A DNA stretch of 56,562 bases from Myxococcota bacterium (GTDB lineage Bacteria; Myxococcota_A; UBA9160; PR03), in contig JBFIML010000028.1 of NCBI GenBank assembly GCA_041611735.1, positions 1 to 56,562 of the forward strand, given 5' to 3'. The notes under the pieces are model-generated. The model was not told where the DNA came from. It did no database searches and worked only from the letters and a program-made list of their open reading frames with translations. This document shows, piece by piece, positions 1 to 10,477 of this stretch (within the stretch, counting starts at the first letter, position 1; every line of letters starts with the position of its first letter). A program made the position numbers and the translations under genes.

Positions 1-1892
1 ACCGCCACCTCGCTCTGGAGCAGCTCGCCGCCGGACTCCGTATAGGCGAGTCCGGTGCACACGCCCACCCGGTCCTGCTCCTCGGCGCGGCCGAAGCGGT
101 ACTTGGCGACGCCCAGGTAGCGGCGCACCGCCCCGGGCGTGATGCGGCGCTTCTTCGCCTCGGCCCCCGCCTTCACCACTTCCCGGGCCACCTTGCGGCA
201 GATGGAGGCGATCTCCCGCTCCAGGCTCCGCACGCCGGCCTCGCGGGTATAGCGCCGGACGATCTCCAGGATGGCGCCGTCGCCGAACTCGATGTGGTCG
301 GCCTTGAGCCCGTTGGCCTCGCGCTGCTTCGGCACCAGGAAGCTGCGGGCGATCTCGAGCTTCTCCGACTCGATGTAGCCCGGCAGCTGGATGATCTCCA
401 TGCGGTCCTGCAGTGGCCGGGGGATCTGGTGCAGCACGTTCGCCGTGCAGATGAACATGACCCGCGAGAGGTCGTAGTCGAGATCCAGGTAGTGGTCCGC
501 GAAGGCGTGGTTCTGCTCCGGGTCGAGCACCTCGAGCAGCGCCGACGAGGGGTCGCCCCGGAAGTCGGTCGACATCTTGTCGACCTCGTCGAGCAGGAAG
601 ACCGGATTGCTGGTGCCGGCCTTGCGCAGGCTCTGGATCACCTTGCCCGGCAAGGCCCCGATGTAGGTGCGCCGGTGGCCCCGGATCTCCGCCTCGTCGC
701 GCACGCCCCCCAGGGAGACCCGCACGAAGTCGCGGCCCGTAGCCCGGGCGATCGACTTGCCGAGGGAGGTCTTGCCCACGCCGGGCGGCCCGACCAGGCA
801 CAGGATCGGACCCTTCATGCGCTCCACCAGGCTCTGCACGGCCAGGTACTCGAGGATGCGCTCCTTGGGCTTCTCGAGCCCGTAGTGGTCCTCGGCCAGG
901 ATGCCCTCCGCCTGGAGGATGTCACGGTTCTCCTGCTTGTAGTCCAGCCAGGGAAGCGTCAGGATCCAGTCCACGTAGTTGCGCACCACCGTGGCCTCGG
1001 CGCTCATGGGCGACATCATCTTGAGCTTGCGCAGCTCGCGCCGGGCCCGGGCCTGCACCTCCTTGGGGAGCTTCTTCTTCTTGAGCGCCTCCTCCAGCTC
1101 CTGGATCTCGTTCTTGAACTCGTCGCGCTCGCCCAGCTCCTTCTGGATCGCGCGCATCTGCTCGTTCAGGTAGTACTCCTTCTGCGAGCGTTCCATCTGG
1201 CGCTTGACCCGGGTGCGGATCTTGCGCTCGACGGCGAGCACCTCGATCTCGGCCTGCATGAGGCCGAACACCTCCTCCAGGCGACGGGCGGGCTCCAGGA
1301 TCTCGAGCAGGCGCTGGCGGTCGCCCACCTTGAGGTTCAGGTGGGCGGCGATCGTGTCCGCCAGCCGAGAGGGCGCCTGGATCTGCATCACCGAGTTCAG
1401 GGTCTCGGGCGGCACCTTCTTGTTGAGCTTCACGTACTTCTCGAAGGCCGCGTGGATGCTGCGCATCAAGGCCTCGACCTCGATGGTGCGCTCCTCCAGA
1501 TCGGCGACCGCGTCCACTTCGCAGGCGAACCAGGGATCGTGGCGGGCGAAGCTGCGGATGCGGGCCCGCGTCTTGCCCTCCACCAGCACCTTCACGGTGC
1601 CGTCCGGCAGACGCAGCAGCTGGATGATGGCGCCGACCGTGCCCACCCGGAACACGTCGTCCGGGCCGGGCTCGTCCTGGGCCGCGCGGCGCTGGGCCAC
1701 CAGCAGCAGCTCGCGGGACCCGTTCATCGCCTCCTCGAGCGCCCGGATCGACCGCGAGCGCCCCACGAAGAGCGGCACCACCATGTGGGGGAAGACGACG
1801 ATGTCGCGCAGCGGCAGGAGCGGGAGCACCCGGGCTCCCTCTTCCGAGGGCCGCGCGCTCCCCGCATCGTCGTCGCTCCGAAACAGCACCAT
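1..1892 (-). CDS. lon: ATP-dependent Lon protease (3' part runs off the window)
   Basis: Manual translation from ATG 1892: MVLFRSDD...[23 protein letters not shown] (Lon N-domain), Walker [15 protein letters not shown], ends in [16 protein letters not shown]. Lies directly after clpX. Confidence 0.97.
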   Translation of the reverse strand, partial: MVLFRSDDDAGSARPSEEGARVLPLLPLRDIVVFPHMVVPLFVGRSRSIRALEEAMNGSRELLLVAQRRAAQDEPGPDDVFRVGTVGAIIQLLRLPDGTVKVLVEGKTRARIRSFARHDPWFACEVDAVADLEERTIEVEALMRSIHAAFEKYVKLNKKVPPETLNSVMQIQAPSRLADTIAAHLNLKVGDRQRLLEILEPARRLEEVFGLMQAEIEVLAVERKIRTRVKRQMERSQKEYYLNEQMRAIQKELGERDEFKNEIQELEEALKKKKLPKEVQARARRELRKLKMMSPMSAEATVVRNYVDWILTLPWLDYKQENRDILQAEGILAEDHYGLEKPKERILEYLAVQSLVERMKGPILCLVGPPGVGKTSLGKSIARATGRDFVRVSLGGVRDEAEIRGHRRTYIGALPGKVIQSLRKAGTSNPVFLLDEVDKMSTDFRGDPSSALLEVLDPEQNHAFADHYLDLDYDLSRVMFICTANVLHQIPRPLQDRMEIIQLPGYIESEKLEIARSFLVPKQREANGLKADHIEFGDGAILEIVRRYTREAGVRSLEREIASICRKVAREVVKAGAEAKKRRITPGAVRRYLGVAKYRFGRAEEQDRVGVCTGLAYTESGGELLQSEVA

Positions 1893-1938
1893 GGGAACCG
1901 GATCTCCTGCGCGGGTTGTGGAGCCGGGGCGCCGGCGC

Positions 1939-3182
<1,244 letters not shown>

Positions 3183-3186
<4 letters not shown>

Positions 3187-3818
3187 CGCCGCTGACCTCC
3201 GGCTGCTCGTCCACCGCCCGTGATCGGGGCAGGCTCCGGGCGCCGGGTGACCACCTGGTCGATCAACCCGTACTCCCGCGCCTCCTCCCCGGACATATAA
3301 TAATCGCGCTCGGTGACCCGCGCGATCTCCTCCACCGGCTTGCCGGTGTGGCCGGCCAGGATCTCGTTGGTCCGCTCCCGCAGCTTCAGGATCTCCCGAG
3401 CCTGGATATCGACATCCGTTGCCTGTCCCTGAAATCCCCCCCAGGGCTGGTGGATCATGATGCGGGAATTGGGCAGGGCCATGCGCTTTCCGGGAGCGCC
3501 GGCCGCCAAGAGCAGCGCGCCCATGGAATATGCCGAGCCCAGACAGATGGTGGCCACGTCGGGTCTCACGTACTGGAGGGTATCGTAGATGGCGAGGCCG
3601 GCCGTCACGGAGCCACCCGGCGAATTCACGTACAAATGCACGTCCTTCTCGGGATCCTCCGCCTCCAGGAAGAGCATCTGGGCGATCACGAGGTTCGCCA
3701 CGTCGTCGTCGATGCCGCTGCCGAGGAACACGATGCGGTCGCGCAGCAGTCGCGAGTAGATGTCGTAAGCGCGCTCACCGCGGTGGTTCTGCTCCACGAC
3801 AATGGGGATGAGGGGCAT
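3183..3818 (-). CDS. clpP: Clp protease proteolytic subunit
   Basis: [25 protein letters not shown], catalytic Ser in AYSMG, IMIHQP. ATGA overlap with clpX. Confidence 0.99.
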
Positions 3819-3941
3819 GACTCGCTCCTGCCGACGCCGGTCGGGGCGCCGGGCACACCGGACTCCGCCACCTTCGCACGCGGGGGGGAAAAGAGCACGG
3901 GCCGCTGCGGGCGACCCCTCGGGAGCGCGCAGAACGCTCCT

Positions 3942-5285
3942 CTAAGTGCCCGCGATCTCTTGGATCTTAGCCTCGGCGAGGAGGAATTCAACGGCTCGGT
4001 CCTCGCGCAGGCGGGCCCGGAGCCCTTCCAGGAGCCCGGCCTCCTGGTAGGCCTTGCGGAGGCGGGACACGGGGACCCCCTGCTGCGTGGCCGTGGCCTC
4101 CAGGTGCGCGTCGACCTCCGCCGGCTCCACCTCCAGGCCCCGCTCCCGGGCCACCGCCTCCAGCAGCCACTGCTCTCGCAGGTCCCGCTCGGCCTCCGGA
4201 CGCCATTCCTCCTCCCAGCGGGAGAGCTGCGCCTCCATGGCCGCCGCCGGCAGGCCGCGGGTCTCGAGCTCCCGCCGGGCCATGGCGAGCCGGTGGTGCA
4301 GGCGCTGCTCTGCCGCCCCGGGCGGCACCTCGAACGAAACCCGCCCGATCAGGTCGTCGACGACCGTCCGGCGCAGCAGCGCCCGGGCCTCGCGCTCCCG
4401 GTGCTCGGCGAGCCGGCGGCGCACCTCGGCCCGCAGGGCCTCGAGGGAGGCGAAGTCCCCCAGGTCCCTCGCGAAGTCGTCGTCCAGGGACGGCAGCTCG
4501 CGGCGGCTCACGGCGAGCACCTCCACGTCGAACTCCACGGGCTTGCCGGCCAGCGCCGGGGCCGGGTGTTCCGCCGGGAACTCCGTGCGCAGCGTCCGGC
4601 GCTCCCCTGCCCGGGCTCCCTCGAGCTGCTCCTCGAAGCCCGGCAGAAAGCGCCCGGAGCCGAGCTCGACCCGTTCCTCGCGGCCCCGCCCGCCCCGGAA
4701 GGGCTGGCCCTCGACGCGTCCCTCGAAGTTCACGGTGACCACGTGCCCGCGCGCTGCCGGGGTGCCCTCGGCTTCCTCCGTGAGCACGGCCTGGCGCTGA
4801 CGCAGGGCCTCGAGCTCGTGCTCCACCTCGGCCTCCGCGACCTCCAGCGGGGGCCGTCGCGCGTGCAGCCCGGCGAGCTCCGGCAGCACCACCGCCGGCT
4901 TGACCTCGACCCGCACGCGGTAGTGGAAGGCGCATCCCTCCTCGGGCGGAGCTGCGTCCACGGCCGGCTCGCTGACGGGTACCAGGCCATGCTGCTCGAG
5001 GGCCCCCGGGAGGGTCTCGGACACGAGCTCGCGCTCCAGGTCCTCCGCCACCGCCGGCCCGTAGAGACGGCGCAGCACCGCGAGCGGCGTCTTCCCGGGC
5101 CGGAAGCCCCGCACCCGCACGCGCCGGCCGAGCTCGCGCCACGCGCGCTCGAAGGCGGACCGCACGCGCTCCGCCGCCACCTCCACCTCGAGGGTGCGGA
5201 CCACGTCGCCTTCCTCGGCAACATGCGCCCGGAAGGACGCGCCGGTGCCGCCCTCGGCTCCCGGTTTCCGGGTTTCAGCGGTCAT
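3942..5285 (-). CDS. tig: Trigger factor
   Basis: C-terminal 447 aa of ORF 3942..7034, starting at ATG 5285. Ribosome-binding GFRPGK motif, FKBP domain (LGSGRFLPGFEEQL), and tig-clpP-clpX-lon synteny. Confidence 0.96.
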   Translation of the reverse strand: MTAETRKPGAEGGTGASFRAHVAEEGDVVRTLEVEVAAERVRSAFERAWRELGRRVRVRGFRPGKTPLAVLRRLYGPAVAEDLERELVSETLPGALEQHGLVPVSEPAVDAAPPEEGCAFHYRVRVEVKPAVVLPELAGLHARRPPLEVAEAEVEHELEALRQRQAVLTEEAEGTPAARGHVVTVNFEGRVEGQPFRGGRGREERVELGSGRFLPGFEEQLEGARAGERRTLRTEFPAEHPAPALAGKPVEFDVEVLAVSRRELPSLDDDFARDLGDFASLEALRAEVRRRLAEHREREARALLRRTVVDDLIGRVSFEVPPGAAEQRLHHRLAMARRELETRGLPAAAMEAQLSRWEEEWRPEAERDLREQWLLEAVARERGLEVEPAEVDAHLEATATQQGVPVSRLRKAYQEAGLLEGLRARLREDRAVEFLLAEAKIQEIAGT

Positions 5286-5339
5286 GGTCTCGATGGGTCG
5301 GGTCGATGGGGACCTCGCGGGCGGGCGCTCCCGCCGCGG

Positions 5340-5424
5340 TGCCGGGGACAGGAGTCGAACCTGCACGTCCTTGCGGACGGTGGCTCCTAAGGCCACCGCG
5401 TCTACCCAGTTCCGCCACCCCGGC
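5340..5424 (-). tRNA. tRNA-Leu (anticodon TAG), CCA not encoded
   Basis: Reverse complement GCCGGGGTGGCGGAACTGGGTAGACGCGGTGGCCTTAGGAGCCACCGTCCGCAAGGACGTGCAGGTTCGACTCCTGTCCCCGGCA. Acceptor stem, anticodon arm GTGGC-CTTAGGA-GCCAC, long variable arm, GTTCGA T-loop. Confidence 0.97.
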
Positions 5425-5436
5425 GCGGCGCGAGGC

Positions 5437-5465
5437 AGACTAGGCACGAAGCCTGGGGGCGTCAA
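5437..5465 (-). promoter_or_regulatory. sigma70-type promoter for tRNA-Leu/tig
   Basis: TTGACG (5465-5460), 17-bp spacer, TAGTCT (5442-5437), then a GC-rich discriminator just before the tRNA. Confidence 0.75.
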
Positions 5466-5534
5466 CGCGCGCGGCGGCGGGGCTGCGGGAGTCCCGGTAG
5501 GCTGTGACCGGGGCCGGAGAGGAGAGAGCAGGCC

Positions 5535-6914
5535 GTGTCCGAAGCCCGTGCGCGAAGCGGCGCGGCGGCCGACGCCGGGGCGCCGGGCCGCTTCGAGGAG
5601 ATCTCGGGCTGGGGACGGACCCTGCGCGTCCGCGCGGAGCAGCTGCACCCCGAGCGCCTGGACTGCATGCCGCCGGGCGTGGTGCTGACGCGGGGCCTGG
5701 GGCGCTCCTACGGAGACGCCTCGCTCCCGCCCCGCCCCGGTGACCGCGTGGTCTGCGCCCGGCGCGCCGATCGCCTGCTCGCCTTCGATGCCGAACGCGG
5801 GCTGCTGCGCGCCGAGGCCGGCCTCTCCCTGGCGGCCTTGCACCAGATCTTCCTGCCCCGAGGCTGGTGCGCGCCGGTCTCGCCGGGCACCCAGTACGTG
5901 ACCCTCGGTGGGCTCGTGGCGGCGGACGCCCACGGCAAGAACCATCACCGGGACGGAAGCCTCGGACGCCACGTGACGGCCCTGCGCCTGCGCACCGCCG
6001 AGGGTCAGGTCCTCGAGTGCTCGGCGCAGCAGGAGCCGGAGCTCTTCGACGCCACGCTCGGGGGCATGGGACTGACCGGCCACATGTTGGAGGTCGAGCT
6101 GCAGCTCGCCCCGGTGACCTCGCCCTGGATCTGGCAGCGCACCGACCGCATCGCGCATCTGTCCGACCTGCTGGCCCGCCTGCGCGAGGCCGGCAGCCGC
6201 TGGCCCTACACGGTGGCGTGGCTCGACTGCCTGTCGTCCGGGCGCGCCTTCGGGCGCGGGCTCCTCATGCAGGGTCGCTGGGCCCACCCGGACGAGGCGC
6301 CGGCGACGCCCCCTGGCGCCGGGCGGCGCGTGCGGGTTCCCGTGGACGCGCCCGCCCTGGCCGCCCGGGCGATCCCGCTGGCCGGTCGGGTGTGGAACGG
6401 ACTCTCGTTCCGCTTCGCCGGGCGCCAGGAGGGCGTCATGGCGCCGGAGCCCTTCTTCCACCCCCTGGACGGCCTGCTGGACTGGAACCGTCTGTTCGGA
6501 CCCCGCGGCTTCTTCCAGCACCAGTGCGTGCTGCCCTACGACACGGGCGACCGGGCTGCGCTCGGTTTCCTGGAGGCGGTGCGCCAGCTGCCCATGCAGC
6601 CGCATCTCGTGGTGGTAAAGGACTTCGGCGCCGCGGGCCGGGGACTGCTCTCGTTCCCGCGGCCCGGCCTCACCGTGGCCCTCGACTTCCCGTGCCACCC
6701 GAGCCACACGCGCCCGGTGGTGGAGCGGCTGAATGCGCTGGTGCTCGAGCGGGGCGGGCGCATCTACCTGGCCAAGGACGCCTTCAGCAGCGCGGATCAG
6801 TTCCGGGCCATGGAGCCGCGTTGGGAGGCGTTCCAGACGCTGCGGGCGCGCTGGGATCCGAAGACACGCATCCGCAGCGCCCTCTCCGTGCGTCTGCTGG
6901 GGGATCCAGCATGA
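5535..6914 (+). CDS. FAD-linked oxidoreductase, DprE1-like (polyprenylphosphoryl-ribose 2'-oxidase)
   Basis: RGLGRSYGDA, VSPGTQYVTLGGLVAADAHGKNHH, LSFP..G.TVALDFP and GGRIYLAKD match the DprE1 family. Adjacent to DprE2-like and UbiA genes. Confidence 0.88.
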   Translation: MSEARARSGAAADAGAPGRFEEISGWGRTLRVRAEQLHPERLDCMPPGVVLTRGLGRSYGDASLPPRPGDRVVCARRADRLLAFDAERGLLRAEAGLSLAALHQIFLPRGWCAPVSPGTQYVTLGGLVAADAHGKNHHRDGSLGRHVTALRLRTAEGQVLECSAQQEPELFDATLGGMGLTGHMLEVELQLAPVTSPWIWQRTDRIAHLSDLLARLREAGSRWPYTVAWLDCLSSGRAFGRGLLMQGRWAHPDEAPATPPGAGRRVRVPVDAPALAARAIPLAGRVWNGLSFRFAGRQEGVMAPEPFFHPLDGLLDWNRLFGPRGFFQHQCVLPYDTGDRAALGFLEAVRQLPMQPHLVVVKDFGAAGRGLLSFPRPGLTVALDFPCHPSHTRPVVERLNALVLERGGRIYLAKDAFSSADQFRAMEPRWEAFQTLRARWDPKTRIRSALSVRLLGDPA

Positions 6915-7642
6915 GGGCGGTCGCGCTGGGGGCGACCCGGGGCATCGGGCGCGCGTTGGCGCGCGGTCTGGCGGAGCGGGGAGCGCAGCTCTTCCTGCTC
7001 GGGCGCGACGCGGACGAGCTGGCGCGCAGCGCACGCGACCTCGAGCTGCGCGGCGCCCGGCCTCCGGTGGGGCGGGCGCCCTGCGACCTGCTGGACCGCA
7101 CGAGCTTCGCCCCGGCCCTGGAGCGCGCCGAGGCCGCGTTGGGAGGCCTGGACGCCGTGATCGTGACCGCCGCCCGCTTCGCTCCCCAGGCTGCCCTGGA
7201 GGACGATCTCGAGGCCGTCGAGCAGCTGCTGCGCGCCGACTTCACCCATACCGCCCTCTTCTGCGAGCTGGCCGCCCGGCGCCTGGCGGCCGGCGGCGGG
7301 GGCCGGCTGTGCGTCTTCGGCTCCGTGGCCGGCGACCGGGCGCGGCGCAGCGTCGCCATCTACGGGGCCGCCAAGGCAGGGCTCGCCCACCATCTGGAGG
7401 GCCTCGACCTGCGCTACCGGGAACGCGGGGTGCGGGTGCTGTGCGTCAAGCCCGGCTTCGTGCGCACCGACATGACCGAAGGGCTCCCGGCTCCGCCCTT
7501 CGCCGCGGAGCCCGAACGGGTGGCGCGGGCCACGTTGCGCGCGCTCGACGGCCGGCGCACCGCGATCTACGCCCCCGGCATCTGGAGGCTCGTGATGCAG
7601 GCGGTCCGACGACTGCCGCGCAGGATGCGCGCGCGCCTGTGA
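6911..7642 (+). CDS. Short-chain dehydrogenase, DprE2-like
   Basis: ATGA overlap with the previous gene; GATRGIG, GSVAGDR, YGAAKAG, VKPGFVRTDMT. Confidence 0.85.
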   Translation: MRAVALGATRGIGRALARGLAERGAQLFLLGRDADELARSARDLELRGARPPVGRAPCDLLDRTSFAPALERAEAALGGLDAVIVTAARFAPQAALEDDLEAVEQLLRADFTHTALFCELAARRLAAGGGGRLCVFGSVAGDRARRSVAIYGAAKAGLAHHLEGLDLRYRERGVRVLCVKPGFVRTDMTEGLPAPPFAAEPERVARATLRALDGRRTAIYAPGIWRLVMQAVRRLPRRMRARL

Positions 7643-7683
7643 GCGTCGCTGCCCGCACGCGCGAGGGCGCGGCACGAGGAGGC

Positions 7684-8544
7684 ATGGCCCTCGATTTGCT
7701 GCGCCTCGCCCGCCTTCCCGAGTGGATCAAGGTCGTCTTCGTGCTGCTCCCGATCCCGTTCGCGCTGCGGGCCGGAGCCCGGCTCGACCCGGCCGTGGTG
7801 GCGCTGGGCGTGCTCGCGGTGTGCGTGACCGCGTCCGCCGGCTACGCCTTCAACGACCTGCGGGACGCTGCCGCGGACCGCGCCAGCCCGCGCAAGCGCA
7901 ACCGCCCCGTGGCCAGTGGCCGGCTGTCGCGGCGGAGCGCCGGAGTCTTCGCCGCCATCCTGCTGGTCACCGGACTCGCCCTCTCCGTGGCCACCGCGCG
8001 GCCCGCCGTCCTGGGGTTGCTGATGGTGTACGCCGCGGTCACCCTCGCCTACAGCTTCGTCCTGAAGCACGTTCCCCTGCTCGACGTCTTCGCCCTGGCC
8101 TCGGGCTTCCTGCTGCGGGTCCTGATCGGCTGCGCGCTGGTGCAGGCGCCGCCATCCAACTGGCTGCTGTTCTGCACGTTCGGGCTGGCCCTCTTCCTCT
8201 CCTTCGCCAAGCGGCGCGCCGATCTCGAGGGCGGCGATGGCGTCGACCACCGGCCGGCGCTGGCGGGCTACAGCGTCGGCTTCCTGCGCCACGCCATGTG
8301 GCTCACCGCGACCCTGTCCCTGCTCTCCTATGCGCTCTACAGCCAGGAGGCGGCGGTGTTCGTGGGGGGGCGCGAGCTGGCCGGCACGCCCTTCGTGGCC
8401 TTCGGGCTGCTGCACTACCTGCGCGTGGCGGAGCTCGGAAACGTGGACCTCTCCCCGGTGGCCATGGCCTATCGCTCGCGCGCCCTGCAGGGCTGCGCCC
8501 TGGGCTGGCTCGCGGTTACCGCCTGGAGCCTCGGCCTGTTTTGA
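7684..8544 (+). CDS. UbiA-family polyprenyl-phosphate phosphoribosyltransferase
   Basis: YAFNDLRD...DR.SPRKRNRPVASG Asp-rich motif, KRRAD, several TM segments. Alternative GTG start at 7639. Confidence 0.88.
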   Translation: MALDLLRLARLPEWIKVVFVLLPIPFALRAGARLDPAVVALGVLAVCVTASAGYAFNDLRDAAADRASPRKRNRPVASGRLSRRSAGVFAAILLVTGLALSVATARPAVLGLLMVYAAVTLAYSFVLKHVPLLDVFALASGFLLRVLIGCALVQAPPSNWLLFCTFGLALFLSFAKRRADLEGGDGVDHRPALAGYSVGFLRHAMWLTATLSLLSYALYSQEAAVFVGGRELAGTPFVAFGLLHYLRVAELGNVDLSPVAMAYRSRALQGCALGWLAVTAWSLGLF

Positions 8545-8560
8545 ATCGGCCCTCCCAGCC

Positions 8561-9814
8561 ATGACGGATCCCGCCGCACCGGACGCAGCCGCACCGCCGC
8601 CGCCCGCTCGGGGCGCCGTCGAACGCCGCCTGCGCCGCCATGGCCTCGTCGCTCGCCCGGAGTCCGTGGCGCGGATCGTCCCGCGGGTCGGTCTGCGCTT
8701 CCGGGAGGGCAACCGGGTGGATCTGTACCGCAGCGGCCGCGAGGCACTCGCCGCCATGCTCGACGCGATTTCCAGCGCCCAGTCCTTCCTGCACCTGGAG
8801 ACCTACATCCTGCGCGGCGACCTGGCCGGGCGCCGCTTCGTCGAAGCGCTGGCCGAACGCGCCGCGGCGGGCGTGGCGGTGCGGCTGCTCCACGACGCCT
8901 TCGGCTCCATGGGCCTGGATCCGGCGGTGCTCGGCCCGTTGTGGCGGGCCGGCGGGGAGGTGTTGGCCTTCAACCCACTTGGGCGCCTCTACCCGCGCTG
9001 GGCGCCGCGCCGGCGCGACCACCGCAAGCTCCTGATCGTGGACGGGCTCCGCGCCTTCACGGGCGGGGTGAACATCGGCGACGAGTACGACGCCCCGGCC
9101 GATCCGGACGGGCCGGGAGAGGAGGGCTGGCGCGACACGCAGGTGTGCGTGGAGGGTCCCGTCGTGCGCGACCTCTCCGGCGTGTTCCTGGAGAGCTGGT
9201 TCCGGGCCGACGGCCCGGAGCTTCCCTGGGCCGACGTGGTGGACGTGCGACCGCCCAAGTGCGGGGACGTGCGTTGCGCGGTGCTGCCCGACGGCCCCGG
9301 CTACCGCCGCCTGGCCCTGCGCCGCCTGCTCATCGAGCAGCTCGACGCCGCGCGCCGGACCGCCTTCCTCACCACGCCCTACTTCGCACCGGGACGGGCC
9401 GTGCTCGACGCGCTGGAGCGCGCCGCGAGCCGCGGCGTGCGGGTCGAGCTGGTGCTGGCCGGGCGCAGCGACCATCCCGTCCTGCGCCGGGTGGCCCGTT
9501 CGATGCTGCCCCGCCTGCTGGCGCGCGGGGTCCGCGTCTACGAGCACGAGAGAGCCCTCCTGCATGCCAAGTCCGCGGTGTTCGATGGCCGCTTCGCCTT
9601 CGTGGGCACCTCGAACCTGGACCGCCAGAGCTTCGACCACAGCTACGAGGTGAACCTGGCCATCCAGGACCGGGATGTGGCAGGACGCCTCGATGCGTTC
9701 TTCGCGCGCGACCGGGAGGGTTCGCGGGTCGTGGACCTGGAGAGCCTCGCCCGCCGCGGGCCCTGGGATCGTCTGCTCGACCGGATGGCGGCGCTCCTGC
9801 TCCACGTGATCTGA
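8561..9814 (+). CDS. Cardiolipin synthase, ClsB-like phospholipase D
   Basis: Two HKD motifs (DHRKLLIVDG, LHAKSAVFDG), GGVNIGDEY, WRDT, GTSNLD; no N-terminal TM anchor. Confidence 0.9.
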   Translation: MTDPAAPDAAAPPPPARGAVERRLRRHGLVARPESVARIVPRVGLRFREGNRVDLYRSGREALAAMLDAISSAQSFLHLETYILRGDLAGRRFVEALAERAAAGVAVRLLHDAFGSMGLDPAVLGPLWRAGGEVLAFNPLGRLYPRWAPRRRDHRKLLIVDGLRAFTGGVNIGDEYDAPADPDGPGEEGWRDTQVCVEGPVVRDLSGVFLESWFRADGPELPWADVVDVRPPKCGDVRCAVLPDGPGYRRLALRRLLIEQLDAARRTAFLTTPYFAPGRAVLDALERAASRGVRVELVLAGRSDHPVLRRVARSMLPRLLARGVRVYEHERALLHAKSAVFDGRFAFVGTSNLDRQSFDHSYEVNLAIQDRDVAGRLDAFFARDREGSRVVDLESLARRGPWDRLLDRMAALLLHVI

Positions 9815-9897
9815 AGCCACTCCGCCTGTCCCTTTCCTTTTGCCACCCGGCCGCGTTAGTCTTGTTTCCAACCTGAACCAAGGAGGGGTTCCGCCCC

Positions 9898-10401
9898 ATG
9901 GCCGCACGCAAGAGGACTGCACGCAAGAGGACCGTCCGGAAAAAGACGGCCCGTCGCCGTCCGGCCCGCAAGAAGACGGCGCGTCGCCGTACCCGGAAGA
10001 CCGCGCGGGGTGGCACCGCGAGCCGGGCGCTCAGCCGGCTGGAAGGGGATCTGCCCCGGAATCTGCGCTCCTTCTCACAGCGCGTGCGTCGCCAGCTGAG
10101 CGAGCTCGAGCGCGACGTGGAGAAGGCGGGCCGCACCGCTCGGCGCCGTGCGGCACGCCTGCTGCGCGAGGCGAGCCATCAGCTGGGCCGCCTCGAGGCG
10201 CACGGCGAGACCGGCTGGCGGCGGCTGGGGGCGCGCGCCCAGCGCGAGCTCCAGGGGCTGCTACGCCGCCTCGAGCGCGCGGTGAGAAGCCCGGCCGCGC
10301 GCAAGAGCACCCGCAAGCGCAAGAGCTCGCGGAAGAGCTCCCGCAAGCGGGCCTCCACGCGCCGGCGCAAGCCGGCCCGCCGGCGGACCCGCCGGGCCTA
10401 G
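9898..10401 (+). CDS. Highly basic histone-like protein: Lys/Arg-rich tails around an amphipathic helical core
   Basis: Strong SD AAGGAGG and a TAGTCT -10-like hexamer (9857-9862) upstream. RKRTA/RKKTA pentapeptide repeats at the N-terminus and RKSS repeats at the C-terminus. Confidence 0.8.
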   Translation: MAARKRTARKRTVRKKTARRRPARKKTARRRTRKTARGGTASRALSRLEGDLPRNLRSFSQRVRRQLSELERDVEKAGRTARRRAARLLREASHQLGRLEAHGETGWRRLGARAQRELQGLLRRLERAVRSPAARKSTRKRKSSRKSSRKRASTRRRKPARRRTRRA

Positions 10402-10424
10402 GAGACCTGCGCCGGACCCGCGAC

Positions 10425-10458
10425 ACTCCCGGCGGCGGGCAAACCCGCTGCCGGGAGT
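10425..10458 (+). other. 15-bp GC-rich stem-loop between the histone-like and baeRF genes
   Basis: ACTCCCGGCGGCGGG-CAAA-CCCGCTGCCGGGAGT with one G-U pair and no U tract. Confidence 0.6.
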
Positions 10459-10477
10459 TGCCCCAGAGGTGCGATCC

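Noticed and set aside
9898-10010. Short tandem 15-bp-period DNA repeats as a possible CRISPR array or VNTR
   Set aside because: They are degenerate, have no spacers and simply encode the basic pentapeptide repeats. No cas genes are present.
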